Shown here piece after piece: positions 19,474 to 30,311 of a DNA stretch of 64,000 nucleotides. The stretch's first letter is position 1. Every line of letters begins with the position of its first letter. The stretch is from a virus. Lineage: Duplodnaviria; Caudoviricetes. The notes under the pieces are model-generated. The model did not search any database. It was not told where the DNA came from and saw nothing but the letters and a program-made list of their open reading frames with translations. The stretch is from positions 1 to 64,000 of the IMG/VR virus record IMGVR_UViG_3300010885_021377. The stretch is one strand, 5' to 3'. Both the position numbers and the translations under genes were made by a program.

Positions 19474-22398
19474 TTAAGGTTTATTGCCTAAATATTGCCA
19501 ATTTGTACCATCGTATATAACTTGTGCGTATGTAATTTTGGGTATATTACAGATTTGCACTGAGGAACTATTATTGATGTTAATATCTGAATTTCCTGCT
19601 CCATTATAAATATTTTTAACAATGAATGTTAAACCTTTATTTATACTCGTTACCACTGGTAATGTTACCGTGCAAGTAGATCCTCCCCCATTAAAAAATA
19701 AATAAGTAGGAGATGCTATTATCAATGTTACTGCGGTAGTTACTGATGCTGTCGATACCGGAACATACATAGTTTTCGTACATTTTAAAACTTCACTAGT
19801 TATTGTAGTATTCGAAACAGTTGGTATAGTTACGGTTCCGTCATTTGATATACTTAATGCATTATTTGTTGCTGATACTCCAAATGAAATTGTTCCCGTC
19901 CCGTTGGTAGATAATTTTATACTAGAATTAGATCCTCTTCCTTGTAGCCATAAAGAATCTGTAAACGAATCTCTATATATAACACTATGTCCACCAACAC
20001 CGTCACGAAGTTCTATTAATCCTCCGTTATTAGAATCTCCTATTGCTAATGTGGTCCTTTGATAGGTTTCGGATGCTGCTGATAATCCCCCAATTGTAAA
20101 TATTGGTTGAGAATTTACAAAGGTTCTTGCGGTTTCTGTATTATTACAATACCAACCAATTCTTCCTATTGTAGCATTTCCAGATTCTCCATTATTTAAA
20201 GGAGAAAACATACCAGTATCACCATCATCACCGAATGAATAACCATTTGAAGATGTATCGGACGATGGAGATCCGTCTGGCTTTCCTTGTTTTACTCTAT
20301 ATCCATACGAACCAACATTTCCCGCAACTTCCAGTTTGTCTTTAGGATAGTGTAAACCATCCCCCGTTCCTATGCATAAACTACCTCCTTCTGTCAAGGT
20401 CATAGCTGTTATACCAGATACAACCCAATTTTGTGATGTAGTCCAAGTTCCGTTAGTAGTAAATCCATATGCCAATCCATTATTTGATTGTACTGTTCCT
20501 GAATTCGTCCCTTCGTTTACATTTAAAGATGTTGCTAACCAAAAACTACCAGAACCGTCCTTTCCGACTCTTATACGACTACCATCTGTTGTTATATTGC
20601 CATTAACATGTAATTTTTCAGTTGGATTTGCAATACCAATACCAATTTTTCCATCATAAGTAATCCTCATTCCGGTATTACTTGCTGAAGAATATGGAGC
20701 TATTACAAGATTCGCTGATATTGACTCCGATTTAGTGCTTTGACCAGAAAAAATTATTGCTTGGTCTCCCATTTGTGTAATAGGATTATAATCACCAGTA
20801 TACAGACTTACACCAAATCGCACCCAAGGATAATCTGCTGCACTATTACTAAGCATTAATGGTGATATTCCTAATCCGCTACCAATTGGATTAGAATACT
20901 CGGATTTAACATGCAATTTAGTCAAAGGGGAAGAAGTCCCTATTCCAGTATAACCTACATTAGTTATAACAAAAGGACTAGAATCTACGTTTACTTCATC
21001 TTCTACTAATAATACATTACCAGATCCTCGTTGTGTTATTCTTAATGCATCAACAACTCCAGAAGTGTCAATAACCATCGCACTTGTGGTTGTTATCGTA
21101 GTATCTATTTGTGTAGTATCTCCTAATACTGTTACATTACCCGTTACTAATAAATTTCCTTCCACATGTAATTTTTCGGTTGGATTCTGAGTACCTATAC
21201 CAAAATTACCACTGCTTAACAAGGTTACAAGTTCAGCATTTCCTAGTAAATTAATAAATCTTACACGACTACTAAGTGATCCAATATTATCAGTATATGT
21301 ATCAATAGCCCATGATGGGGCATTATCGTAGGGTCTTGCAAAATTAATTTGTCCACCTTCTCGATCCGTATTACCTCGATTAATATAGATATCTCCAGAG
21401 TATAGATTATTATCTCCACTTATTATTCCAGAAACTGTAAGTGGTTGAGATGGAGAAGTAGTTCCAATTCCAACTTTTCCAGAATTAGTAATTGTCATTC
21501 TGGGTAAAGTATTAGTTATTATGCTAAAATCTTTCTGGTTAGATTCTATAAATGTGTTAGAAAGTAATCCTCCGTTAACATTATTTGTACCAAGTCTTAA
21601 CACATAATCAGATAATCCACCGGGTCCAGTATTATTAAAAGATGATGCTAAATCTATATATGCTCCACACAGTCCAGACATTTGCATAGACGGACCCTTT
21701 ACATTGTCGTCGTAATATACATACATATACGAGCTAGGATTATTTGTAACAGTCATTCCTCCTGATACATGTAATGTATTAGATGGTGTTGATGTTCCTA
21801 TACCCAATCTACCATTCTCATCGAATCTAGCCCATTCCGTACCAGCAAACATACTAGTAAACACTAATGGTGCTGCGGAATCCGTTAAAACGGCTTTTCC
21901 GGATTCTATATAATTTTTAGCATGTGCAGAAACAAATCTTAATGATGCATTGGGATCATTACTAATCGAATCTGTGGAATTTCCAACTATGATAGAAGAT
22001 AAAAAAGTAACACCAGTACTACTAATACTACCCAAAATGTTAAACATTGGGGATTTAGCATAAATTCCAGTTCTAAAATCTAAAGTTAAAGTTTTATCCC
22101 CATTTCCAACCAAACCTCCATCGCTTATTATAGTTTCAGTTCCTTGTCCTGATATAAAATTAGTATAAGTAGTATCTCTTACATAAGAATTTTCACAATG
22201 TACATCATATCTTACATTTGCGGAGAGAATATCTATACCGGAACTAGCACTCAGTACTCCATTAATAATAAAATCCCCCTGAAATGGTTCGCTGGGCGAA
22301 GCAATAGGATCTATACCGCTATCAGGATATCCAATAGTGGGTGTAGTATGATGATTCTTTCTATGAAGTTTGTCATGAAATCGTGCATTACCTGCCAT
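19474..22398 (-). CDS. Tail fibre protein with GIGTxxP shaft repeats
   Basis: Repeated LGIGTSTPS, VGIGTTSPS, FGIGTQNPTEKLHV, IGIGIANPTEKLHV motifs; TAAATA-N5-ATG. Confidence 0.75.
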   Translation of the reverse strand: MAGNARFHDKLHRKNHHTTPTIGYPDSGIDPIASPSEPFQGDFIINGVLSASSGIDILSANVRYDVHCENSYVRDTTYTNFISGQGTETIISDGGLVGNGDKTLTLDFRTGIYAKSPMFNILGSISSTGVTFLSSIIVGNSTDSISNDPNASLRFVSAHAKNYIESGKAVLTDSAAPLVFTSMFAGTEWARFDENGRLGIGTSTPSNTLHVSGGMTVTNNPSSYMYVYYDDNVKGPSMQMSGLCGAYIDLASSFNNTGPGGLSDYVLRLGTNNVNGGLLSNTFIESNQKDFSIITNTLPRMTITNSGKVGIGTTSPSQPLTVSGIISGDNNLYSGDIYINRGNTDREGGQINFARPYDNAPSWAIDTYTDNIGSLSSRVRFINLLGNAELVTLLSSGNFGIGTQNPTEKLHVEGNLLVTGNVTVLGDTTQIDTTITTTSAMVIDTSGVVDALRITQRGSGNVLLVEDEVNVDSSPFVITNVGYTGIGTSSPLTKLHVKSEYSNPIGSGLGISPLMLSNSAADYPWVRFGVSLYTGDYNPITQMGDQAIIFSGQSTKSESISANLVIAPYSSASNTGMRITYDGKIGIGIANPTEKLHVNGNITTDGSRIRVGKDGSGSFWLATSLNVNEGTNSGTVQSNNGLAYGFTTNGTWTTSQNWVVSGITAMTLTEGGSLCIGTGDGLHYPKDKLEVAGNVGSYGYRVKQGKPDGSPSSDTSSNGYSFGDDGDTGMFSPLNNGESGNATIGRIGWYCNNTETARTFVNSQPIFTIGGLSAASETYQRTTLAIGDSNNGGLIELRDGVGGHSVIYRDSFTDSLWLQGRGSNSSIKLSTNGTGTISFGVSATNNALSISNDGTVTIPTVSNTTITSEVLKCTKTMYVPVSTASVTTAVTLIIASPTYLFFNGGGSTCTVTLPVVTSINKGLTFIVKNIYNGAGNSDININNSSSVQICNIPKITYAQVIYDGTNWQYLGNKP

Positions 22399-22429
22399 TA
22401 AAGTATTTAGTGTATCCTAAATAATTAGA
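22399..22429. promoter_or_regulatory. Back-to-back late promoter boxes (TAAATA at 22404-22409 minus, 22418-22423 plus)
   Basis: Only 31 bp separate two divergent ATGs, each 5-6 nt from its own TAAATA. Confidence 0.75.
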
Positions 22430-24214
22430 ATGGGAGATTCAACTTTTAATTTTTGTGTAGACGAATTATTCAATCCTAATTCTGATATAACTTGGTCTTT
22501 TCAATATAGTGTATCAGGAGGTACTGATTCTTCTGGATTGGATAGTAATGTATTATTTTCTCCAATCACCGTCCCGATTGTTCAGAATTTCAATACTCAA
22601 GTAGTAAGTGTTACTACGATTGCTGGATCTACCGTAGGAGATGTTAATGGAGATAAATTAACAGCAAAATTTAATAGTCCTGCCGGTATTATTTTAAATT
22701 CCGGTGTATTATATATAGCCGATTATTTAAATAATAAAATTAGATCTATAACTCCTTCTCCTACTACTGGTTTTGATGACCCTATTATTGCTACTTTCGC
22801 AGGATCTGTAAATGGATGGAATGATGCTATAGGTACTGCTGCTCAATTTTCTCAACCACAAGGAATGGATGTTGATAGTTCTGGAAAAATATTTGTTTGC
22901 GATTCCATGAATTCTACCCTGCGAATGATTGAACTTAATGGTTTGGTTTCGTCTATACCTATAGGGAGTGTATCATCTTCGATGCCTTATGATATAGTTA
23001 TTAATGGAAATATATTTTATATTACTGATAATCTACATCATTGTATTATAAAATACAATATAACAACTGGTGCGGAATCGGTATTTGCGGGTGTGCAAGG
23101 TTCTCGTGGTACTGCTGATGGGATTGGTGCAAATGCCAGATTTGATTCTCCAGCAGGTATTGATATAGATTCCTTGGGAAATTTATATGTTGCGGATGCC
23201 AATAATCACAGAATACGTAAAATAGAACCTAATGGTAATGTTAGTACATTTGCCGGTTCTACCAAAGGTTTTAATAATGCTACAGGCACTGCTGCTAAAT
23301 TTTCTGGCCCTTTGGGTTTGGTAGTTGCTAATAATGATGATATTTATGTGGTAGATGATTTAAACCAGTTAATTCGTAAAATTACTTCGACGGGAATTGT
23401 TACTACCGTTGCAGGTATTACGGGAGTGAAATCCAATATTGATGGAGATTTAACTGTTGCTACTTTTAATAGTCCCATAGGATTATGTTATGATGATACT
23501 AATGATACGTTATATGTTACTGATGGAGGTTCTTCCAGAATACGAAAAATATCAATACCAAAACTAATTACCACACCCATTCCAAATGTACCAGCACCAC
23601 CACCTCCTCCAAATATTAAAGGATCTACTGGAGGATTTTCTACATTTCTTTTTAAAAATACAACATTAACTGGTGGAGGTCGATATAGTGGATTGGGATA
23701 TGCGCCCTATCAAGCTGATTTTGGAGTAACAGATGCTATAATTGGTATTATGTTTGCCAGTAATAATACTATAACTATAAAAAATCAAGATTTCGAAACC
23801 ATTTACACTTCTAAAATTATTGATTCGTTATATCCATTCGTTAAAACTCATGATCAATTTAATACTATACGAATACATTTTACTAATTCTGGGAAAAATT
23901 TAATCATAGCTTTAAAAGATAATAATGATATTTATAATGATATTATTAATATAGAAACTGATTTAAATCTTCCCAAAATTACAGATTTATATAAAATAGG
24001 ATTTTCATATTCGACTCCATTAGAATCCGATGATGATAAAGTAATAATAAAATTAAAAGATATACATTTCCACGGTAATTCGAAAATTTCTAAAACTACT
24101 TTTGTTCAAAAACCTCCAAGTAATATTAAATCAAGTTTTATATTACAATCACCATTAAGCGGATCGCTTATCATATCCTATAATAACAAAAGTATAGGTT
24201 CGTTAGTTTGTTAA
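22430..24214 (+). CDS. NHL-repeat beta-propeller protein with flanking lectin-like segments
   Basis: Six NHL repeats (FDSPAGIDIDSLGNLYVADANNHRIRKI); flanking WSFQYSVSGG and GSTGGFSTFL...GLGY resemble an L-type lectin core. Confidence 0.7.
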   Translation: MGDSTFNFCVDELFNPNSDITWSFQYSVSGGTDSSGLDSNVLFSPITVPIVQNFNTQVVSVTTIAGSTVGDVNGDKLTAKFNSPAGIILNSGVLYIADYLNNKIRSITPSPTTGFDDPIIATFAGSVNGWNDAIGTAAQFSQPQGMDVDSSGKIFVCDSMNSTLRMIELNGLVSSIPIGSVSSSMPYDIVINGNIFYITDNLHHCIIKYNITTGAESVFAGVQGSRGTADGIGANARFDSPAGIDIDSLGNLYVADANNHRIRKIEPNGNVSTFAGSTKGFNNATGTAAKFSGPLGLVVANNDDIYVVDDLNQLIRKITSTGIVTTVAGITGVKSNIDGDLTVATFNSPIGLCYDDTNDTLYVTDGGSSRIRKISIPKLITTPIPNVPAPPPPPNIKGSTGGFSTFLFKNTTLTGGGRYSGLGYAPYQADFGVTDAIIGIMFASNNTITIKNQDFETIYTSKIIDSLYPFVKTHDQFNTIRIHFTNSGKNLIIALKDNNDIYNDIINIETDLNLPKITDLYKIGFSYSTPLESDDDKVIIKLKDIHFHGNSKISKTTFVQKPPSNIKSSFILQSPLSGSLIISYNNKSIGSLVC

Positions 24215-24233
24215 ATTTTACCTAAATACTCAT

Positions 24234-25832
24234 ATGTCCGATACTTTTATAAATAAGTTACCAGAAGCTACGTTAACCGAAATTAAAAACGAAGATTATA
24301 CTTTATTTGATATACATGATCCTAATAAAGGTAGTTTTACTACCAAAAAAGTGACTCTAGATACGATTTCTGGTAAAGTAAGTTCTAATATATCAGGAGA
24401 TTTTAATAGCCAACTTAATATTCTACAAACTAGTATTAATAATGCTAATCAAAATATATTAAAGAAATTAGATAAACAAGGTTCTGATTTTGGTGCTTTA
24501 GAAAAAATGTCCGGTCCTTTATTAGTGGATTCAACATTAACGGTGACAGGTTCGTCATCTTTTAATGATATATTAAATTTAAATACTCAAAGAATAATAA
24601 ATCTAGCTACTCCATTATCTACATCAGATGCAGTAACTAAAAATTATGTAGATAATTTATCGAATATATATGTTCCTTTAACTGGAGGTTCTTCTAGCCA
24701 AATGACGGGTCCATTATTTCTATTTAATAATCCAACAAATCCGTCTCATGCTTCCAATAAACAATATGTTGATAATTTAAGTACTATTTATATTCCTAAG
24801 TCTGGAGGTATTTCCAATACAATGACCGGATTTTTATTTTTAAATGCAGATCCTGTTGATCTCAATCATGCCAGCAATAAAAAATATGTAGACGAAGCAA
24901 TATTAACAGAAACTGGTAATATTAAATCTATAACGGATAGTACATATTTAAAAAAAGTTACTGACAGTATGGATCCGAGTAGTTTCTTAACTCTAGGAGG
25001 AAATCCTATTTCGCCTAATCATGCTACAACTAAAAATTATGTTGATACTATTGTAAGTAGTGCTTCTTCTGTTTTAGTTACTAAAATCTATTCGGATGCC
25101 CATTATTTAAATCTTTCTGGTGGAAGCATGACTGGCCCAAATCCTTTAATTTTAAATTCTGATCCTACTTTAATTTCTAATGTACGTCAAGCTGCTACGA
25201 AGAATTATGTAGATTCTAATATTAATAGATTATCAGGATATATATCTCTATCTGGAGGAATTATGACCGAAGGGTATATTACCGCACCCTCAGATAATCC
25301 AGCATTACCTAGAAGTTTAGTTACAAAAATTTATGTAGATAATACTATTCAAGCTACGTCTAGTGTATTAGCTAAACAAGCTTATGTTGATACTACATTT
25401 TTACCTCTTACGGGAGGTACTATGCAAGGTGGTATAGTATTTAAAAATTATTCAGAAAAAATTACTGCGGTAGCTGGTTCTGGAAATGTGACATTATCCA
25501 TGAGTAATTCTAATACCTTTACAATTAATTTGATGGGAAATATTACTGGTTTTACATTAACTGACATTCCTTTAGAATCTTTTACTATAACTTTAGTAAT
25601 AACTCAAAAAGGTGCTACTCCTCCCACTCCAGTTCCGGGACTTATGATAGATCCTCCTCCGGGAGGTTGGGGTCCATTTAATATAACAAATTGGACTATA
25701 AATGGAGTATCTGTTCGGTGGGCATTTGGATTTTCTCCTACCATTACTAATACTATAAACAAAGTAGATATTATTACTTTAACTAAAGTCGGAGACATTT
25801 GGTTTGGTTTTATAGGTGGACAAAATTTTTAA
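24234..25832 (+). CDS. Tail fibre protein with KxYVD/GGxMTG repeats
   Basis: About six repeats of Y.pLsGG.MTG.L.L...P....hAatKnYVD; TAAATA-N5-ATG. Confidence 0.75.
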   Translation: MSDTFINKLPEATLTEIKNEDYTLFDIHDPNKGSFTTKKVTLDTISGKVSSNISGDFNSQLNILQTSINNANQNILKKLDKQGSDFGALEKMSGPLLVDSTLTVTGSSSFNDILNLNTQRIINLATPLSTSDAVTKNYVDNLSNIYVPLTGGSSSQMTGPLFLFNNPTNPSHASNKQYVDNLSTIYIPKSGGISNTMTGFLFLNADPVDLNHASNKKYVDEAILTETGNIKSITDSTYLKKVTDSMDPSSFLTLGGNPISPNHATTKNYVDTIVSSASSVLVTKIYSDAHYLNLSGGSMTGPNPLILNSDPTLISNVRQAATKNYVDSNINRLSGYISLSGGIMTEGYITAPSDNPALPRSLVTKIYVDNTIQATSSVLAKQAYVDTTFLPLTGGTMQGGIVFKNYSEKITAVAGSGNVTLSMSNSNTFTINLMGNITGFTLTDIPLESFTITLVITQKGATPPTPVPGLMIDPPPGGWGPFNITNWTINGVSVRWAFGFSPTITNTINKVDIITLTKVGDIWFGFIGGQNF

Positions 25833-25835
25833 TTT

Positions 25836-28325
25836 ATGCCAATAGGTAATGCTTCAGCTATGATGAGATGTAGATATGATTATGCTCCAATATCTGTTGG
25901 TGAATTATCTTCTACATTTATGGGAATACCAGTAGATATAAATATATCTTTAAATGATTTAGATCCCGATTATTTTCCGCATTCTTCTGGAAAAATTGAA
26001 GTATATACTTATGATAATCGATCTATAAAAAATTGTATAGTTAATTTAAGTTCTAATAAAATAAATTTTCAATATATTCCAAAATCTAATTATTTTGGAC
26101 CAGATGAATTTACATATGTTGTAACGGATGGAATCAAATCTTCTAATACTTCATCGGTTAAATTGAGCGTATTATGTTTACCCCCGGTAATATCTGATAA
26201 ATTATTTAATTTACGAGAAAGTGTTACCTACAATTTAGATATTACCGATCCCGCTTCTGATCCTGATATAATATTTTTAGGAGGATATCCGGATAGAGAT
26301 ATAAATAATCCCCCTCAACCTATATCTATAATATCTAGTAGTGTCAAAGCATCCTCCAACATAACTATAGATAATATTTCCAATACAGTTATTACTTTTA
26401 CTACCCTTCCATTAGATCCTGATATCGCATTTAGTACAGTATTTCTTTCCTATCAAATTCGAAATACGACTTGTGGTATTTCGAATGATGGGGATGCTGG
26501 AACTGGTACTACTTTTGGATCTGGTCCTCTTCCGGACTCTGGTACTGGTACTAGTACCGGAACTTTTGTTGGTACTACTGTCGGATCTATTGATGGTGAT
26601 AAATTAACTGCAAAATTTAATTCTCCTCGTGGAGTAACCATGACTAGTTCTAATATTTTATATGTTGCTGATTATGGAAATTCTAGAATAAGACAGGTAA
26701 CTTCTACTGGAGATGTTACCACTTATGCTGGATCTACTAGAGGTACTACAGATGCATTCAGAACCTCTGCTAAGTTTTTCCAGCCAGCCGGTATTGATAT
26801 TGATTCTTCTGGAAATATTTATATAGCAGATACTCTTAATCATCTTATCAGAAAAATATCAATTGCCGGTAATGTTTCAACTCTTGCTGGTGCAGCAAAT
26901 TCTCCCGGAATTGTTGATGGTACTGGTACAACTGCTAAATTTAACTTTCCTCATGATCTAGCAGTAGATTCTTTAAGCAATGTTTATGTTGCCGATACAG
27001 CTAATCATTTAATCCGTAAAATAACTCCATTGGGTGTTGTTACAACTCTAGCAGGATCTGCTAGAGGTTATACTGATGGAACCGGAATCTCCGCATCTTT
27101 CTATAATCCATATAATATAGATGTAGATTCCTTTGATAATTTATATATTACAGATAGTTCGAATCATACTATACGCTACATTAATACTACTTCTAAAAGT
27201 GTTAGTACTATAGCTGGATTTGCCGAAAAGAGTGGAAATGATGATGGTATAGGAACTATGTCAAGATTTAATCTTCCTATGGGAATTAATGTAGGACCTT
27301 ATAATATAGTTTATGTATCAGATTCTTTGAATCATAGAATTAGGCGTATTCTTCCTACTGGAAAGGTAGATACTATAGCAGGTTCTAGTAGGGGAACTGA
27401 TGATGGTTCCAGTCTTTCTGCTAAATTTAATACTCCTATGGGATTATGTTCGGATTTGTTGGGTAATTTATTTATTGCAGATTATGGAAATAATCGAATA
27501 AGAAAAATACTATTACCAGCTATTCTTACTATAGATCCTAAAACAGGAATTATAACAGATCCTAGTGGAAAGGTTACCATTCCGGGTCCAACTGATGTCA
27601 TAGTTGATAAATCTGGAGTTGTAATAGATTATAAACCCAAAGTTCCTGTGCTTCCTCCTGTGGGTCCCGGTACGGGCACTGGACCCGGAACTGGCAGCTC
27701 TGGAGGTACTGGAGGTACTATTGGTTCTACTGGTACTAGAACGGTAACGGGCTTTATGGCTAAATCCATTTTGGAAGTCAATGTACCAAAAACTTTTACT
27801 AAATATCCTATGCTAGACAAGAATGGTAATTTTCCTTGGGATGCATACGGTTGGTATGTTTTAGCTTTTGATACTCAAAATATTCCAGATCAATTTTATA
27901 TTAGTTCTATTAGTAAATCTTCTACTATTGATGCATTTGGAAATTCGGTATCTATTAGTAGGTTTTATGGTTTAATAGGACCAATAGGGGATAGTTTAGA
28001 CGGTTATCATGGTGGTCCAAATGATGGAAACGGTAAATTTTTATTTTATAAATTGTCTGGATGTGATATAAATATATGGGGAAAAACAGATTTAGATGGT
28101 AGTGTATTTGAATTTGGAGTTGCTCAAGTATATAATCCATCAATAACTGCTGTGACTGATATTAGTAGATACTATATAGATTCTTTAGTGCGTCCTACAA
28201 GTTCACAAGTTCTATCATGTCTAAATGATATTGGTATTTCCCCTTATAATGTTACGGTTAATGATTATACCGATGTATACACTGGCACTAACATCCCGCC
28301 ATTTTTACAATTCAAAAAAATTTAA
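25836..28325 (+). CDS. Virion adhesin: Big_9/cadherin-like domain, NHL propeller and G/T/P-rich linkers
   Basis: TFMGIPVDINISLNDLDPD...YIPKSNYFGPDEFTYVVTDG (Big_9-like); six NHL repeats; linkers such as GPGTGTGPGTGSSGGTGG. Confidence 0.7.
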   Translation: MPIGNASAMMRCRYDYAPISVGELSSTFMGIPVDINISLNDLDPDYFPHSSGKIEVYTYDNRSIKNCIVNLSSNKINFQYIPKSNYFGPDEFTYVVTDGIKSSNTSSVKLSVLCLPPVISDKLFNLRESVTYNLDITDPASDPDIIFLGGYPDRDINNPPQPISIISSSVKASSNITIDNISNTVITFTTLPLDPDIAFSTVFLSYQIRNTTCGISNDGDAGTGTTFGSGPLPDSGTGTSTGTFVGTTVGSIDGDKLTAKFNSPRGVTMTSSNILYVADYGNSRIRQVTSTGDVTTYAGSTRGTTDAFRTSAKFFQPAGIDIDSSGNIYIADTLNHLIRKISIAGNVSTLAGAANSPGIVDGTGTTAKFNFPHDLAVDSLSNVYVADTANHLIRKITPLGVVTTLAGSARGYTDGTGISASFYNPYNIDVDSFDNLYITDSSNHTIRYINTTSKSVSTIAGFAEKSGNDDGIGTMSRFNLPMGINVGPYNIVYVSDSLNHRIRRILPTGKVDTIAGSSRGTDDGSSLSAKFNTPMGLCSDLLGNLFIADYGNNRIRKILLPAILTIDPKTGIITDPSGKVTIPGPTDVIVDKSGVVIDYKPKVPVLPPVGPGTGTGPGTGSSGGTGGTIGSTGTRTVTGFMAKSILEVNVPKTFTKYPMLDKNGNFPWDAYGWYVLAFDTQNIPDQFYISSISKSSTIDAFGNSVSISRFYGLIGPIGDSLDGYHGGPNDGNGKFLFYKLSGCDINIWGKTDLDGSVFEFGVAQVYNPSITAVTDISRYYIDSLVRPTSSQVLSCLNDIGISPYNVTVNDYTDVYTGTNIPPFLQFKKI

Positions 28326-28333
28326 TACAGAAA

Positions 28334-28636
28334 TTATTTATTAGCCTGATTTAATTTATAATTAGATCTTTCTGCCATAAAATTGTCTACATCAAAGTCA
28401 AAATGTTCTTCAATTTTAAAATCGTGATATAAACTTGGATATCTTTGTTTTATATATTTTTGTATAGCTAATGGCTTAATCCAAGAATCTGTTTTGTCTA
28501 AATCTAATTTTGAATCATTAGCTTTTTGATTTATAAATTCTATAGCTTCTACTAGACACAACCATCTAGTATAGTTTTCAAGAGACATTATAAATTTTTT
28601 ATTTGATTTTGTTGTCACCGAAATCTTATTTATCAT
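28334..28636 (-). CDS. Hypothetical protein
   Basis: 100-aa ORF in a tightly packed minus-strand run. Confidence 0.55.
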   Translation of the reverse strand: MINKISVTTKSNKKFIMSLENYTRWLCLVEAIEFINQKANDSKLDLDKTDSWIKPLAIQKYIKQRYPSLYHDFKIEEHFDFDVDNFMAERSNYKLNQANK

Positions 28637-29031
28637 ATGAAATTTTTACCAAGAAATCCTAATAACAATGCACTGATTTCGGGAGAAGTGCAATCTATGT
28701 CATTAATGGATAAACTTTCTAATACCAGAATTATAATATCTAAATTCTTTCTAAGAGTCAAATTTTTAGTATTATCTTCTTTATATTTTTGCGACATGTA
28801 ATCTCTAATTACATTGATAATCGATTTTAATGAATCATTTCCAGAATTATTTCTAATATTGGACATCGAACCATAATCATATGCTCTAATTAAGCTTTTA
28901 TCTTTTGATAAGATCAAATTTCTGATATCGTCCTTTAGAGATTCTAAATTTATAGAAATTGGTTTATTATAAGTGATGGAAGAATTAACTTCCGATGCAT
29001 TATTCAGTTCTCTAGATTCAAAATTTAGCAT
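28633..29031 (-). CDS. Hypothetical protein
   Basis: 132-aa ORF overlapping the next gene by 4 nt. Confidence 0.55.
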   Translation of the reverse strand: MLNFESRELNNASEVNSSITYNKPISINLESLKDDIRNLILSKDKSLIRAYDYGSMSNIRNNSGNDSLKSIINVIRDYMSQKYKEDNTKNLTLRKNLDIIILVLESLSINDIDCTSPEISALLLGFLGKNFI

Positions 29032-29032
29032 A

Positions 29033-29455
29033 TTACGGAGTATTTTGTATCTGCTTATATACTTCAGTCAAAGCAGCATCAGCTTCTTCTAGATCTATTA
29101 CTTCCGTTTTATTATATGTTTTAGCAATTAATTGTACTGTGCAATCTTTCTTACATTCTATACAATTAAATGAATTTATACCATTCAATTCGATAGGTAT
29201 AAACATCTTTTTCTCTAGATAGCATGGGCAGGTTATGTCCATGCCTTGTTTCGAGAATTCCTTTATTCTTTCGTTTTTAATTTTTTCTGCATATAAAATT
29301 AAAAATTGTTTATATGCATTATAAACAATAAATTGTACAACCGATGCTAATACAAATAATTTAATTATATTAAAGGTGCTATCACCAAAAGTGATAGCCG
29401 TCAATATACTTGTCGTTATTAGTATTACTAATGGCTTTAGAAGTTCGAACCACAT
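29033..29455 (-). CDS. Membrane protein with two N-terminal hydrophobic helices and a C-x-C...CxxC motif
   Basis: Hydrophobic residues ~3-50; CPC...CIEC; sigma70-type promoter upstream. Confidence 0.55.
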   Translation of the reverse strand: MWFELLKPLVILITTSILTAITFGDSTFNIIKLFVLASVVQFIVYNAYKQFLILYAEKIKNERIKEFSKQGMDITCPCYLEKKMFIPIELNGINSFNCIECKKDCTVQLIAKTYNKTEVIDLEEADAALTEVYKQIQNTP

Positions 29456-29478
29456 ATCAATATTATATCACATAATTA

Positions 29479-29841
29479 TTATATATCAACACTAAAAATA
29501 ATTAAAAAATCGGGTATTTGTATTAATTTTCGATTTAATATATCTAACCGTTTAATTGATTTATTTAATCCTAATTTTTGAGATTCTGTCACCGAAGGAT
29601 TATTAAGTGAATGTTCGAATTGCTGTCTTAATAAGACCAACTTCTCGAATATATCAAATATCTGATCTTTGAATCGATTAATCTCAAATGGATAATTTAT
29701 ACTTCCATCTTTTATATGAGCATCATCGGGTTTAGGTATTGCCATTTGATAAAATGGTTGATCAGTTGCACCCGGTCCAATACCAGCTACCTGACGTTCC
29801 GAATTTGCCATCACATCTTCTCTTAAATTTTTTGGTTTCAC
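29479..29841 (-). CDS. Hypothetical late protein
   Basis: GTG start with TAAATA 6 nt upstream; N-terminus MKPKNLRE. Confidence 0.5.
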   Translation of the reverse strand: MKPKNLREDVMANSERQVAGIGPGATDQPFYQMAIPKPDDAHIKDGSINYPFEINRFKDQIFDIFEKLVLLRQQFEHSLNNPSVTESQKLGLNKSIKRLDILNRKLIQIPDFLIIFSVDI

Positions 29842-29875
29842 TATAATTATTTACTATTCTCGACTAAATAATCAC
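29842..29875. promoter_or_regulatory. Back-to-back late promoter boxes (29848-29853 minus, 29865-29870 plus)
   Basis: Same geometry as 22399-22429. Confidence 0.7.
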
Positions 29876-30304
29876 ATGAGCAATATTTTCGAAAAAGCAT
29901 TTGTGCATGTTCTTCGCGAACAACCTGAATTACCAGCAGAACTTACAGATTCTGAAGCTATGGAGCAAAGTTTGGATAAAGGCACTAATCCACAAGATTT
30001 TGATGTGGATGGGGGTGCTGCCGCCGATCATATGGCAGCAACGTCTAAGATGCAACAACAGATGGTATCTTCTCTACAAAACTGGATTCACCGCCTAGAA
30101 CAATTTTCAGATTCTTTGAATGGAACTGGTCCCGAATCTATGCAATCCAAGTTAAAAAATTGCGTTCCTGATTCTTTGTTCGACAAAATAAGAGTTGCCG
30201 AAACTAAGAAAATCGCTCGTGTATCTATGGAAGTAACCTCGTTAAACGAGATGTTGAAAGGATATTTAGCTAGTGCTTCGGACGCTAAATACAAAGGAGT
30301 ATAG
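29876..30304 (+). CDS. Hypothetical late protein, capsid-targeting-like N-terminus
   Basis: MSNIFEKAFVHVLREQ; TAAATA-N5-ATG. Confidence 0.55.
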   Translation: MSNIFEKAFVHVLREQPELPAELTDSEAMEQSLDKGTNPQDFDVDGGAAADHMAATSKMQQQMVSSLQNWIHRLEQFSDSLNGTGPESMQSKLKNCVPDSLFDKIRVAETKKIARVSMEVTSLNEMLKGYLASASDAKYKGV

Positions 30305-30311
30305 TATATCA

